From a virus (lineage: Duplodnaviria; Caudoviricetes): a stretch of DNA of 39,191 bases. Under the pieces are notes generated by a model that worked only from the letters and a program-made list of their open reading frames with translations, did no database searches and was not told the DNA's origin. A program made the translations under genes and the position numbers. Positions 1 to 7,490 of the stretch are shown piece by piece; position 1 is the first letter of the stretch; each line of letters begins with the position of its first letter. Where the stretch lies: IMG/VR virus record IMGVR_UViG_3300012940_000052, positions 1-39,191 of that record, one strand, 5' to 3'.

Positions 1-156
1 AGCCTCTGAATGTCGGTCATGAAACGCTGACTCTATATCCCCCTGGATTGGCCGCGCTTACAGGGCTTCGCGGGTTCCGGCAATGCGAGTAACCAAACGG
101 GACATCTCGTTAACCCCGCTTTTTCGTGGCGCAGCCTTTTCCGCGCCCCACAGAGG

Positions 157-191
157 CATGTTTGCACATGTTTGAACATTCCATATTTGTT
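157..191. repeat. Direct repeats CAT(G/A)TTTG x3, candidate integrase arm-type sites
   Basis: CATGTTTGCA (157-166), CATGTTTGAA (167-176), CATATTTGTT (182-191) directly after the int stop. Confidence 0.5.
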
Positions 192-1204
192 CAGCCCCTC
201 TTTTCCCACTTCAATATGGCCGCCTTCGCCAACTTCACCTGCGACCGTTTCTTGGCATAGTGTTCCACAAGCTGGAGCGTCTGGCCACTGATCGCAGCCG
301 TCTCGGCCACGGAGCATCCCGCTTCGAGAAGCGTGTTGACCGCATTCTTGCGCAGACCATGGGGCACGATGTCCACCCCGTGGGCCGCGCCGAACTTCTT
401 GATCGCGGCGCGCACGGTGTGAGGGCTGAGCGGCTTGCCATTGGCGCTGGCGATGATCGTCATCCCGGCGCGCGGCGTCGCGGCCAGCTCCGCGCGCAGC
501 GCCGCATGCATCTGGATTTCGAGGTGCTTGTCGGTCTTCTGCTGGTCGAGCGAAATCACGCCGTCACGCACCTGGCTCCAGCGCAGCCGGCAGACATCGC
601 TGATGCGCTGAGCGCTGTAATAGAGCAGGTGCACGGCCAGCCGTACGAGCTTGTCATCGTCCCTCAGGGCCAGCTCCACCAGATGCTCCGGCCATGGATC
701 ATGCTCGCCAGTGGCGAGGCGCTCGATGCCGCGCGTCGGCTCGTTGGTGACGTGCCGCCGCGCCCGGGCCCATTTGTAGAGGCCGCCGACACAGCCGAGC
801 ACGAGATTGGCGGCGCCCGGCCGATCGGCCATGCTGTCCATCAGCAGGGTGATGTCGCGTGGCTCGACGCCCTGCGCGGGCGCTGACGGCAGCTTCGCGG
901 CGAAAACGTCCAGATAGATGTCATAGACGCGCCGCGTGCCCGCCGCGAGCGCCTTGTAGGCCTCGCTCTTCTGATACAGGCCGATCAGCCTGGGCACCGT
1001 CATGGCGTCCTCGATCGACTGCCGGCGCATGCGGTGGCCGAGCATCGCGGCGTATCGACTTCCGAAAGCCGGATCATCCATCCGGCCGATCGGCGTGTAA
1101 ATGCGCTTGCCCTTCTCGTCTTTCTGCCCCGTGTCGAAGTAGCCATAGAGCTTTCCGCGGGAGCGGACGCGCTTGACGAAGCGGAGGCCTTTCACGCGCG
1201 CCAC
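191..1204 (-). CDS. int: Tyrosine recombinase / phage integrase
   Basis: Catalytic residues R (AQRISD), K (QQKT), HGLR and Y (EHYAK); N-terminal arm-binding-like region. Confidence 0.95.
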   Translation of the reverse strand: MARVKGLRFVKRVRSRGKLYGYFDTGQKDEKGKRIYTPIGRMDDPAFGSRYAAMLGHRMRRQSIEDAMTVPRLIGLYQKSEAYKALAAGTRRVYDIYLDVFAAKLPSAPAQGVEPRDITLLMDSMADRPGAANLVLGCVGGLYKWARARRHVTNEPTRGIERLATGEHDPWPEHLVELALRDDDKLVRLAVHLLYYSAQRISDVCRLRWSQVRDGVISLDQQKTDKHLEIQMHAALRAELAATPRAGMTIIASANGKPLSPHTVRAAIKKFGAAHGVDIVPHGLRKNAVNTLLEAGCSVAETAAISGQTLQLVEHYAKKRSQVKLAKAAILKWEKRG

Positions 1205-1207
1205 GGA

Positions 1208-1444
1208 TCATCCCCTCGCGTAGAGCGGCTGGGAGGCGCGCCAGTCGTCGAGCCCCTCCCCCGCGATCCGCTCGATCATGCTGTCCACGGCCGCGCGGCT
1301 CCAGTGCTCGGCGGAGCCGATTCGCACGGGCATCGGCAGGCGGCCGGCGCAGACCTCCTTCTCCACCTCGCTCGGCGAGATGTCGAGATAGCGCGCGAGC
1401 GTCGCCTTCTTCATAAGCCTCGGCCAGTCCGGAATCTGTCGCAT
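1208..1444 (-). CDS. Excisionase-like HTH protein
   Basis: WPRLMKKATLARYLDIS...GRLPMPVRIGSAEHWSR (AlpA/Xis-type); immediately upstream of int; ATG at 1444 overlaps the HNH stop and follows SD GGAGG. Confidence 0.8.
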   Translation of the reverse strand: MRQIPDWPRLMKKATLARYLDISPSEVEKEVCAGRLPMPVRIGSAEHWSRAAVDSMIERIAGEGLDDWRASQPLYARG

Positions 1445-1881
1445 CAGACCCTCCCGCGCGTGCGCTGGAGATACGCATAGGCGCACGCGCGACATCTGCG
1501 CTTCGGCTTTCCGTTCTTCATCTGTATGGCCAAATTATCTCCCGCGAGAGGGTGGCCGTTGATGCAGTGCGTCTTTGCCTTGTTCAACGCGCTCGGGCTC
1601 GAGCTATTTTCGGTGGCGTTTTCTGCATGCGTTACAACCCGAAGGTGACGCGGGTTCACGCACGACCTGTTCCGGCAAATGTGGTCCACCAGCATCCCCT
1701 CGGGTATTTCTCTGCCATCGAGGATCACAGCCATTCGATGCGGGAATTGGTTCTTGCCATCGACCAACAATTGGCCGTAGCCGTCCGGCTTAAGCTTTCC
1801 GAGCCAGGGCCAGCACTCATCTGGCCCATTAACCTCCACCCGAGAACGGAATCTGAGCCGCCAGTCACGAACTCGCTTCAT
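1444..1881 (-). CDS. HNH homing-type endonuclease with C-terminal Zn-binding domain
   Basis: ECWPW..GYG..HR..VDHICRNRSCVNPRHL..EN; C-terminal KTHCINGH...RCRAC; visibly more AT-rich than flanks. Confidence 0.9.
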   Translation of the reverse strand: MKRVRDWRLRFRSRVEVNGPDECWPWLGKLKPDGYGQLLVDGKNQFPHRMAVILDGREIPEGMLVDHICRNRSCVNPRHLRVVTHAENATENSSSPSALNKAKTHCINGHPLAGDNLAIQMKNGKPKRRCRACAYAYLQRTRGRV

Positions 1882-2135
1882 GCGCGCCTCCAGTGCGTGA
1901 TGTCGAAGGGATCGCCGGTGAGGGTCCAGCGCGTGGGATAGGGCCGGCCGAAGATGGGCCAGCCCGCTTCGGGCTTGCGCCCGTTGCGCAGGCGGACCCT
2001 GACACGCGTCGCCTCGGCCTCATCCGCGTGGATCATCTCGGCCGGGCACGGATCGTCCTGGTGCAGCGGGTAAAACACCGGCGGGTGGCCGCGATTGGCA
2101 TGCCAGCCGGGCGGGATGGCGAAGCGCGGGCTCAT
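1878..2135 (-). CDS. Hypothetical phage protein (MSPRFAIPPGWHANRG...)
   Basis: ATGA overlaps at both ends within the coupled operon. Confidence 0.7.
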   Translation of the reverse strand: MSPRFAIPPGWHANRGHPPVFYPLHQDDPCPAEMIHADEAEATRVRVRLRNGRKPEAGWPIFGRPYPTRWTLTGDPFDITHWRRA

Positions 2136-2329
2136 CCCCGCACCTGCCCGGCGCGCCATTCGCGTTCGCGCCAGCATTCGCGGCAGGCTTCGGGCAGGCA
2201 TTGAAGGGCCCGCCCGCCCGCGTCGCGGAAGATGTGGACGCGCCGGCGAATGGGCGCGCCGGCGATGCGCACGCGGTAATCGGTGATGATCTCGGCCGGG
2301 ATCGGGGAGATGTAGCGGTCGTCAGCCAT
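2132..2329 (-). CDS. Hypothetical protein with CxxC
   Basis: SD AAAGG before ATG; overlaps both neighbours. Confidence 0.6.
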   Translation of the reverse strand: MADDRYISPIPAEIITDYRVRIAGAPIRRRVHIFRDAGGRALQCLPEACRECWREREWRAGQVRG

Positions 2330-2600
2330 GACGCGGGCCTTTCGCGAAATAGACGCGCAGCGCCCGGATGCGCGCGAGCAGGCCGGCCAGACGGCCGCCC
2401 TCCGCGCGCCGCCGCGCCCGGTCCCAGGCGACGATCGCCCGGGCCGCCCGGTTGCGCGCCGGGCCGGTGGCGCCGCAGGTCTCGCAGTGGACGTAGAAGA
2501 ACCCGATCACGTCGCGATGGGGCAATTCCTCCGGATAGAACCATCCCGGCGCGCTGCTGCGCACCACGAGGCGCTGGCTCCCGCATGCGCAGCGCATCAT
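2322..2600 (-). CDS. Lar-like (restriction alleviation family) Zn-ribbon protein
   Basis: RCACGS...VHCETCGATGP...AIVAWD pattern; SD GGAGG; ATGA overlap. Confidence 0.55.
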   Translation of the reverse strand: MMRCACGSQRLVVRSSAPGWFYPEELPHRDVIGFFYVHCETCGATGPARNRAARAIVAWDRARRRAEGGRLAGLLARIRALRVYFAKGPRHG

Positions 2601-2770
2601 GCGGGCCTCCGCATGCACGGCGCGATGTCCGCCATGTCCGACCGGCAGGCCGGGCATTCGCCGCAGCGCTCCGCGATCGGGCGGCGCGGCCTGGGATCGA
2701 TGAACTGCCGATGCCCGCGCGGCGTGCGCTGGGTCGGGCCGGCATGGCCGGTGACGCGGAGGGGGATCAT
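2597..2770 (-). CDS. Small Cys-rich hypothetical protein
   Basis: CGECPAC; SD GAGG; ATGA overlaps at both ends. Confidence 0.6.
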   Translation of the reverse strand: MIPLRVTGHAGPTQRTPRGHRQFIDPRPRRPIAERCGECPACRSDMADIAPCMRRPA

Positions 2771-2979
2771 GCCGCGACCTCGGGCTGGCTCGCCGGTCGG
2801 TCGCGCTCGGTCAGGCAGTAGAACTCTGCAAATTCCTCGAATGAGCATTTCCCGTCGCGGAGGCGTTCAAGGTTCTCGCGCAGGCATTCGAGGCCGTAGG
2901 CGTAGCCGCCGACATCGCGGTCGCGACGCTCAAGGCATTCCTGCGCCTGGCGGAGCATGTTGATGATGTTCCACCTCAC
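2767..2979 (-). CDS. Hypothetical helical protein (MRWNIINMLRQAQECLE...)
   Basis: GTGA overlap with the upstream stop; SD GGAGG. Confidence 0.6.
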   Translation of the reverse strand: MRWNIINMLRQAQECLERRDRDVGGYAYGLECLRENLERLRDGKCSFEEFAEFYCLTERDRPASQPEVAA

Positions 2980-3113
2980 GCCGCACCTCCCAGCATGATG
3001 AGCAGGCCCAGGAAGGCCGCGACGCCGGCGACCAGCGCCGAGAGCGGGAGCAGGCCGGCGATGACGACCGCGATCGGCATCTCGCGCGGCGGCTCGGGGA
3101 CGAAGGGCCTCAT
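2976..3113 (-). CDS. 45-aa single-pass membrane peptide (not in the ORF track)
   Basis: MRPFVPEPPREMPIAVVIAGLLPLSALVAGVAAFLGLLIMLGGAA; ATGA/GTGA overlaps fill the gap exactly. Confidence 0.7.
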   Translation of the reverse strand: MRPFVPEPPREMPIAVVIAGLLPLSALVAGVAAFLGLLIMLGGAA

Positions 3114-3343
3114 GCCGGCGCACCGGCGCGGATGATCGTCCAGCCCTGCTCGGCGGCGACGGCATCCTCCATGTGGCGCGCGTGGGCGATGGCGTCGCCG
3201 GCGTCGCGATACTGGCGCGCGGCGATGTCCGCCCGGGCCGCGAGGTCGCGGCGGCCCTCGGCGCGCAGGCGGAAGGCCTCACCCTCCAGCGCGGCGGCGC
3301 GGCGGTAGAGCAAGGTGGGGCTGTTGATCGCGCCCTCCATCAC
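3110..3343 (-). CDS. Hypothetical helical-hairpin protein
   Basis: Coupled to both neighbours; SD GGAGG. Confidence 0.7.
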   Translation of the reverse strand: MMEGAINSPTLLYRRAAALEGEAFRLRAEGRRDLAARADIAARQYRDAGDAIAHARHMEDAVAAEQGWTIIRAGAPA

Positions 3344-4194
3344 GCAGCCTCCAGCTCGAAGTAGCGCTTGAACGCGGCTCCGTAGCTGCCGTGGACGGCG
3401 CCAAGCACCGTATCCAGCGGCAGCTCGTCGGCGGCGGGGTCCAGCCCGGCCTGTTCCATGCCGCGCATCAACCCTTCCTCGCAGGCGCCGGTCAGCAGGC
3501 GGAAATCCTCGAAGCGAACCGTGCCGCGCGCCCTGATCTCCGCGACCAGATCGTCAGCGTCGAAATCATGCTCCATCTGCTTGAAGCGCAGATCGCGCAG
3601 CGCCTTCTCGACCGTCTCGCCATGCGCGGCATAGTCGCCCTGCTCCGCGACATAGCAGCGCCGCAGCTTGTCCAGATCGCCGCCGCCGAACCAGGCCGCG
3701 TGGCTGATCGCGACATCACCCTGCCGGCGCTCGGAGAGAATGAGCATTGTGCTGCCGTCGATATGGCGCAGGCGGATGGTCCGCCCATGGTAGATTTGGA
3801 TTTCGGCCGTGAGGCTGGGCAGGTCGACGCCGCCGCCATTGCCGAAGGTCACGCCCTCGGGCAGCGCCGTGAGGCTGGACAGGTAGACGTAGCCGCCATT
3901 GCCGAAGGTCACGCCCTCGGGCAGCGCCGTGAGGCTGCGCAGGTCGACGCCGCCGCCATTGCCGAAGGTCACGCCCTCGGGCAGCGCCGTGAGTCTGCGC
4001 AGGTCGACGTAGCCGCCATTGCCGAAGGTCACGCCCTCGGGCAGCGCCGTGAGTCTGCGCAGGTAGACGGAGCCGCCTCCGACCGTGATCCTGCCGTCTT
4101 CGATTTCATATGTGGCGCCGGCCTCGCCCAGCGCGGCGAGGAATGTTTCGCGGACCTGGTCGGCGGCGGTCGGTGGGGTGATGTCGAGTTGCAT
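3340..4194 (-). CDS. Leucine-rich-repeat-like protein; first gene of the leftward operon
   Basis: About 4.5 copies of GGxVxLxxLTALPEGVTFGN followed by a non-repetitive C-terminal domain; SD GAGAGG. Confidence 0.85.
   Translation of the reverse strand: MQLDITPPTAADQVRETFLAALGEAGATYEIEDGRITVGGGSVYLRRLTALPEGVTFGNGGYVDLRRLTALPEGVTFGNGGGVDLRSLTALPEGVTFGNGGYVYLSSLTALPEGVTFGNGGGVDLPSLTAEIQIYHGRTIRLRHIDGSTMLILSERRQGDVAISHAAWFGGGDLDKLRRCYVAEQGDYAAHGETVEKALRDLRFKQMEHDFDADDLVAEIRARGTVRFEDFRLLTGACEEGLMRGMEQAGLDPAADELPLDTVLGAVHGSYGAAFKRYFELEAA
3806..4077. repeat. 60-bp tandem repeat, about 4.5 copies
   Basis: gccgccattgccgaaggtcacgccctcgggcagcgccgtgag recurs every 60 nt. Confidence 0.98.
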
Positions 4195-4221
4195 GGTCGC
4201 CTCTCATCGGTTGATGAGAGG

Positions 4222-4250
4222 GGCGTACGCTACGTACGTACGCTAGTCAA
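4222..4250 (-). promoter_or_regulatory. PL-like early leftward promoter
   Basis: TTGACT-17 nt-TACGCC on the minus strand; overlapped by an operator. Confidence 0.7.
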
Positions 4251-4272
4251 TGAAAAACGTACGCCTTGTACG
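4224..4272. promoter_or_regulatory. OL-like operators, CGTAC-N5-GTACG at 4224-4238 and 4258-4272
   Basis: Two perfect interrupted palindromes; the same motif recurs between cI and cro. Confidence 0.8.
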
Positions 4273-4273
4273 T

Positions 4274-4663
4274 TCAGTCCGGCCACCAATCCGAATCATC
4301 CGATCCGGGCGGCGGCCAGTCGCCAGTATCGTCGATGGGGCCGGCCGGCAGGGCCGGCTCCGCGCCATCGAACGCGGCGCGGATCGTCGCGCCCCACCGC
4401 TCCGCCCGCTGGAAGATGGTCCTGATGCGTCCCTCGCGCACGTCCCGTCCGATCAACGGCGCGCGCTCGGCCGTGAGGTAGCCGATCTGGACGCCACGGC
4501 AGGAATAGACAGCCACGGCGCGCGGATCGGCGGGATTATTGGGCTCGGGGCGCAGCTCGACGGGCTCGCCGGGCGCGCAGATGGCGATTTCGAAGCGCCG
4601 GCCGGGTCCGCGCCGATTGGGATAGTCAGCGCCGACGACGGCGAGGGACATCTGGCGGGGCAT
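4274..4663 (-). CDS. HIRAN domain protein
   Basis: LAVVGADY...VELRPEPNNPADPRAVAVY...QIGYL signature. Confidence 0.9.
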   Translation of the reverse strand: MPRQMSLAVVGADYPNRRGPGRRFEIAICAPGEPVELRPEPNNPADPRAVAVYSCRGVQIGYLTAERAPLIGRDVREGRIRTIFQRAERWGATIRAAFDGAEPALPAGPIDDTGDWPPPGSDDSDWWPD

Positions 4664-4698
4664 GCGAACGAATGCAGCCGCAGCTCTTCAATCTGCGA

Positions 4699-5196
4699 TC
4701 AGCAGCCCGCCAGGCGCATCCTGTCCCTGTCGGAGTTGACCGCCCTCAGTAACGAACCCTCCAGCGAAACACGGGCAGCGCCACCGCGCATCACCGCATG
4801 AACGACCATCGAGATCGGCGCCAGCAAGATCGAGACTATCGCAAGTAACGGATTGCAGGCCAGAATAGATGCAAGATACCTGATCAGAAACCCTTCAAAT
4901 CGAGGATCGTCAAGGGCGCCATCGTCCTCCGCGACCTCGCGGCCGAGTATGTCATCAAGCATGCTGCTCAGCAATGCAACAGGCACCAAAGCGGCGACCC
5001 GCATGCTCATGGACCTGCGCATGAGGTAAAGCACTTCCGCCTTGAGAGGGCCGGGGGTGCGCCCGTCAGCCAGCAATTCATTGCCCAGATCGACCATGCG
5101 CAATCGGACCGGCTGGGTGACCAGCGCGAGCAGAATCGCGATGGCAATATAAGCCGCTAACGCCACACTGATCGGATTGAAGAACAAAATATGCAT
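4699..5196 (-). CDS. Multi-pass membrane protein (moron)
   Basis: About three hydrophobic segments; SD GAGAGG; lower GC. Confidence 0.7.
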   Translation of the reverse strand: MHILFFNPISVALAAYIAIAILLALVTQPVRLRMVDLGNELLADGRTPGPLKAEVLYLMRRSMSMRVAALVPVALLSSMLDDILGREVAEDDGALDDPRFEGFLIRYLASILACNPLLAIVSILLAPISMVVHAVMRGGAARVSLEGSLLRAVNSDRDRMRLAGC

Positions 5197-5252
5197 GGCT
5201 GCCTCTCAACTGCGGTACATCCATCAGATTTACAAAAGCTGAAGCCGCCGTA

Positions 5253-5546
5253 TCAGCGCTTCCGCCTTCTGCGCGGTTCCGCCCTCGGAGGCAAGGAAAT
5301 CCTTGACTGAGCATCCTGGCGCAATTTCCACAAAAGGCACTCGTAAACAATATAGGCGCAGATCCACCCTATATAACACACCCCGACCGCCATCGGTTCC
5401 GCAGCGATCCTGACCCGCCACGCCTCCAGCCAATCCGACCAGCCGGCGAGGACCTGCATCCCTCCTAGAAAGCCGAGATACAGAAGCGATCCACGGATGA
5501 TGGCTCGGATCATCTGGCGATTTATGCTGTCTGGCGAGCCAAACAC
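5253..5546 (-). CDS. Small two-TM membrane protein with basic C-terminus; start uncertain
   Basis: Two hydrophobic stretches; GTG at 5546 after GGGGAGGG; lower GC. Confidence 0.55.
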   Translation of the reverse strand: MFGSPDSINRQMIRAIIRGSLLYLGFLGGMQVLAGWSDWLEAWRVRIAAEPMAVGVCYIGWICAYIVYECLLWKLRQDAQSRISLPPRAEPRRRRKR

Positions 5547-5596
5547 GGCGCCCTCCCCCACCCCTGTCACGCGGAATTGATCCCGCGCAGCGCTGC

Positions 5597-6103
5597 CTAT
5601 TCCGCCCTGATCTCGATCGCGGGCGAAACTTCCTTGCGCTCGAATTCGCTGGCGTGCTCGGCGAAGCTCTCGCGGTCGACGATCTGGAGATCGGCGCGAC
5701 CGGTCAGGAAGCCGGTCTTGATCTGGCAGCGGACATAGCGCGATTCACCGGGCGCCACGTTGATCTCGACGCTCGCCGTCTTGTTGGTCAGGATGTAGCG
5801 GCCGGGCGGAACGTGCCACTCGGCATATTTGTTCCGGCCCAGCTCCACGACCTCCGTGCCATGGTATCGGATCGGGCAGCCGAGCCCCATGCCCATGATC
5901 GCGCCGGGCCGATACATGACGATCACGCCCATGGCCGGCGGCGCGGCCGGGGCAGGAGCGATGGGCGCCACCGGTTCCGGGGCGACGGGCTGCGGCAGGG
6001 ACGACATCTCCGGGGCCGGCGCCATGGCGGCCGGCTGGTCCGACTGTTCCTGTGCCTGAATCGGCGCGGCCACTAGCAGCGCCACGAAGGCCAACTTCTT
6101 CAT
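5597..6103 (-). CDS. Exported DUF2846-like protein
   Basis: Signal peptide MKKLAFVALLVAAPIQA, Pro/Ala linker, then VIVMYRP...VPPGRY...INVAPGESRYVR. Confidence 0.75.
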   Translation of the reverse strand: MKKLAFVALLVAAPIQAQEQSDQPAAMAPAPEMSSLPQPVAPEPVAPIAPAPAAPPAMGVIVMYRPGAIMGMGLGCPIRYHGTEVVELGRNKYAEWHVPPGRYILTNKTASVEINVAPGESRYVRCQIKTGFLTGRADLQIVDRESFAEHASEFERKEVSPAIEIRAE

Positions 6104-6145
6104 TTCCCCCACCCTATCTGAGCAAACGAACAAACAGCGCAGCGC

Positions 6146-6676
6146 CTATCGCGCTTCCACCTCATTCACGGCATCAATATACGCGACAGGCACCTCGATA
6201 ATCGCTGTCGTTGTGTCGTCCGCCCTAACCTGAATCGCAACAACCCCGCCTTCGCTATGCTTGCGAATATCATCCGTCGACAAATCGATGCGAAACTCTT
6301 CCGTCAATGTGCAAGACGGCCTGGAATAACGCGACGACGAACACCTTCCGACATTGCGCTCCAATGCGACAAATGCGGCGCGGTCGCCTCCCCGGAAAAG
6401 AGCGCTGCTGTAGCGCCTCCATTCGCCGGAGTATATGAACGCGCCTTGAAGCGTAGGCGGATTGGCGACACCTCCCTTCTTAATCGCGCCGACCAAAACA
6501 AAGCCGTCCGGTATATCAATCTTGGGCGCAGAATATTCGTAGCGATTGGCAAATTCATCCGAGTAGACAGAAATTGCAATACCATTACTGGCAGTTATCG
6601 TGCTCTTCACCGCCTGTGAAAAACTCGGCGAGTGAATGGCCGCCATAGCAATTAGAGCTATCCCACGTCCGAACAT
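6146..6676 (-). CDS. Exported hypothetical protein
   Basis: Signal-like N-terminus after SD GGAGGT; Cys pair; lower GC. Confidence 0.7.
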   Translation of the reverse strand: MFGRGIALIAMAAIHSPSFSQAVKSTITASNGIAISVYSDEFANRYEYSAPKIDIPDGFVLVGAIKKGGVANPPTLQGAFIYSGEWRRYSSALFRGGDRAAFVALERNVGRCSSSRYSRPSCTLTEEFRIDLSTDDIRKHSEGGVVAIQVRADDTTTAIIEVPVAYIDAVNEVEAR

Positions 6677-6729
6677 ATTACCTCCCCCAACAGATGGCCC
6701 GGCCAACAGCGCGCCAAACTTCATATTCC

Positions 6730-7455
6730 TCAATGCCGCCGCGCGGACCAGATCACCCGACCCAATATCCGCAGGTCCTCGGTCGAAACCTCCTTGTTCG
6801 GCACGATCGGATTGTCCGATACGACAAGAACCCTGTCCCTGCCAATAACCTGCAGACGCTTGATGCTTCCCGCGCCGAACAGGCTGATGGCCCAGATCTT
6901 GTCATCGGTGTTGAGCACCGTCTGCGTGGTGTCGAAGATCACCATGGCGTCGTCGTGGATGGTCGGGACCATGCTGTCGCCGATGCCGTGGCCCACGACA
7001 AGCCTGTGCGGCGGCGAGCGGCTGAGCTGGCGGAGCAGGCTGGCATCGAACTCGAAGGCGCCCTCCTCATAATAATCCTCGATGGTGCGCCCCTCGCCCA
7101 TCGCGAGACTCATGTCGATGTGACGCAGGGGGACCGAACCCTGTTCGGATTTCATCATCGGAGCATGCTCCGGCGTGTTGCCGATGTGAAGATTCACCGC
7201 CCCCACCCCATCGGTGATGCCGGTCAGCGCAAACACCTCCGCACGCGCGATGGGCGGATCGCCGTGCCCGACCAGCGCATCCGAGAGCTTGCTCGCGACA
7301 TCGGTGTCTAACGGGCGGTCGTAGCTCTGGTTGAAGAAGGCCTGAACCGATGAGCGCCCCGCATACCCCGCCGCCGCCGCGATCTTGTCCAGTGATGGAT
7401 CGCCCGCCCGGCGCTTGAGATCGAGCAAAACTGCGCCGGTCGTTCTTCTGTTCAT
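6730..7455 (-). CDS. cI: CI-like repressor (HTH plus S24 autopeptidase)
   Basis: HTH SLDKIAAAAGYAGRSSVQAFF; GDSMVPTI (Ser), IKRL (Lys), SDN; divergent from the cro-like gene. Confidence 0.9.
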   Translation of the reverse strand: MNRRTTGAVLLDLKRRAGDPSLDKIAAAAGYAGRSSVQAFFNQSYDRPLDTDVASKLSDALVGHGDPPIARAEVFALTGITDGVGAVNLHIGNTPEHAPMMKSEQGSVPLRHIDMSLAMGEGRTIEDYYEEGAFEFDASLLRQLSRSPPHRLVVGHGIGDSMVPTIHDDAMVIFDTTQTVLNTDDKIWAISLFGAGSIKRLQVIGRDRVLVVSDNPIVPNKEVSTEDLRILGRVIWSARRH

Positions 7456-7490
7456 ACCCTGACTATCCCGAAATGCGCGTACGCAATCTA
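7456..7490 (-). promoter_or_regulatory. PRM-like promoter giving a leaderless cI mRNA
   Basis: TAGATT-17 nt-GATAGT-6 nt-ATG; no SD. Confidence 0.55.

Noticed and set aside
1-150. tRNA or tmRNA attachment site
   Set aside because: No recognisable tRNA 3' end; no matching repeat is visible, and the other prophage end is outside the window
275-300. Integrase as a pseudogene because the second His/Trp position reads SGQ
   Set aside because: The frame is intact, R, K, HxxR and Y are present, and this position is variable among tyrosine recombinases
3806-4077. 60-bp repeat as a CRISPR array or DGR template/variable repeat
   Set aside because: Units are contiguous and in frame with no unique spacers; no cas or reverse transcriptase gene; changes are not confined to adenines
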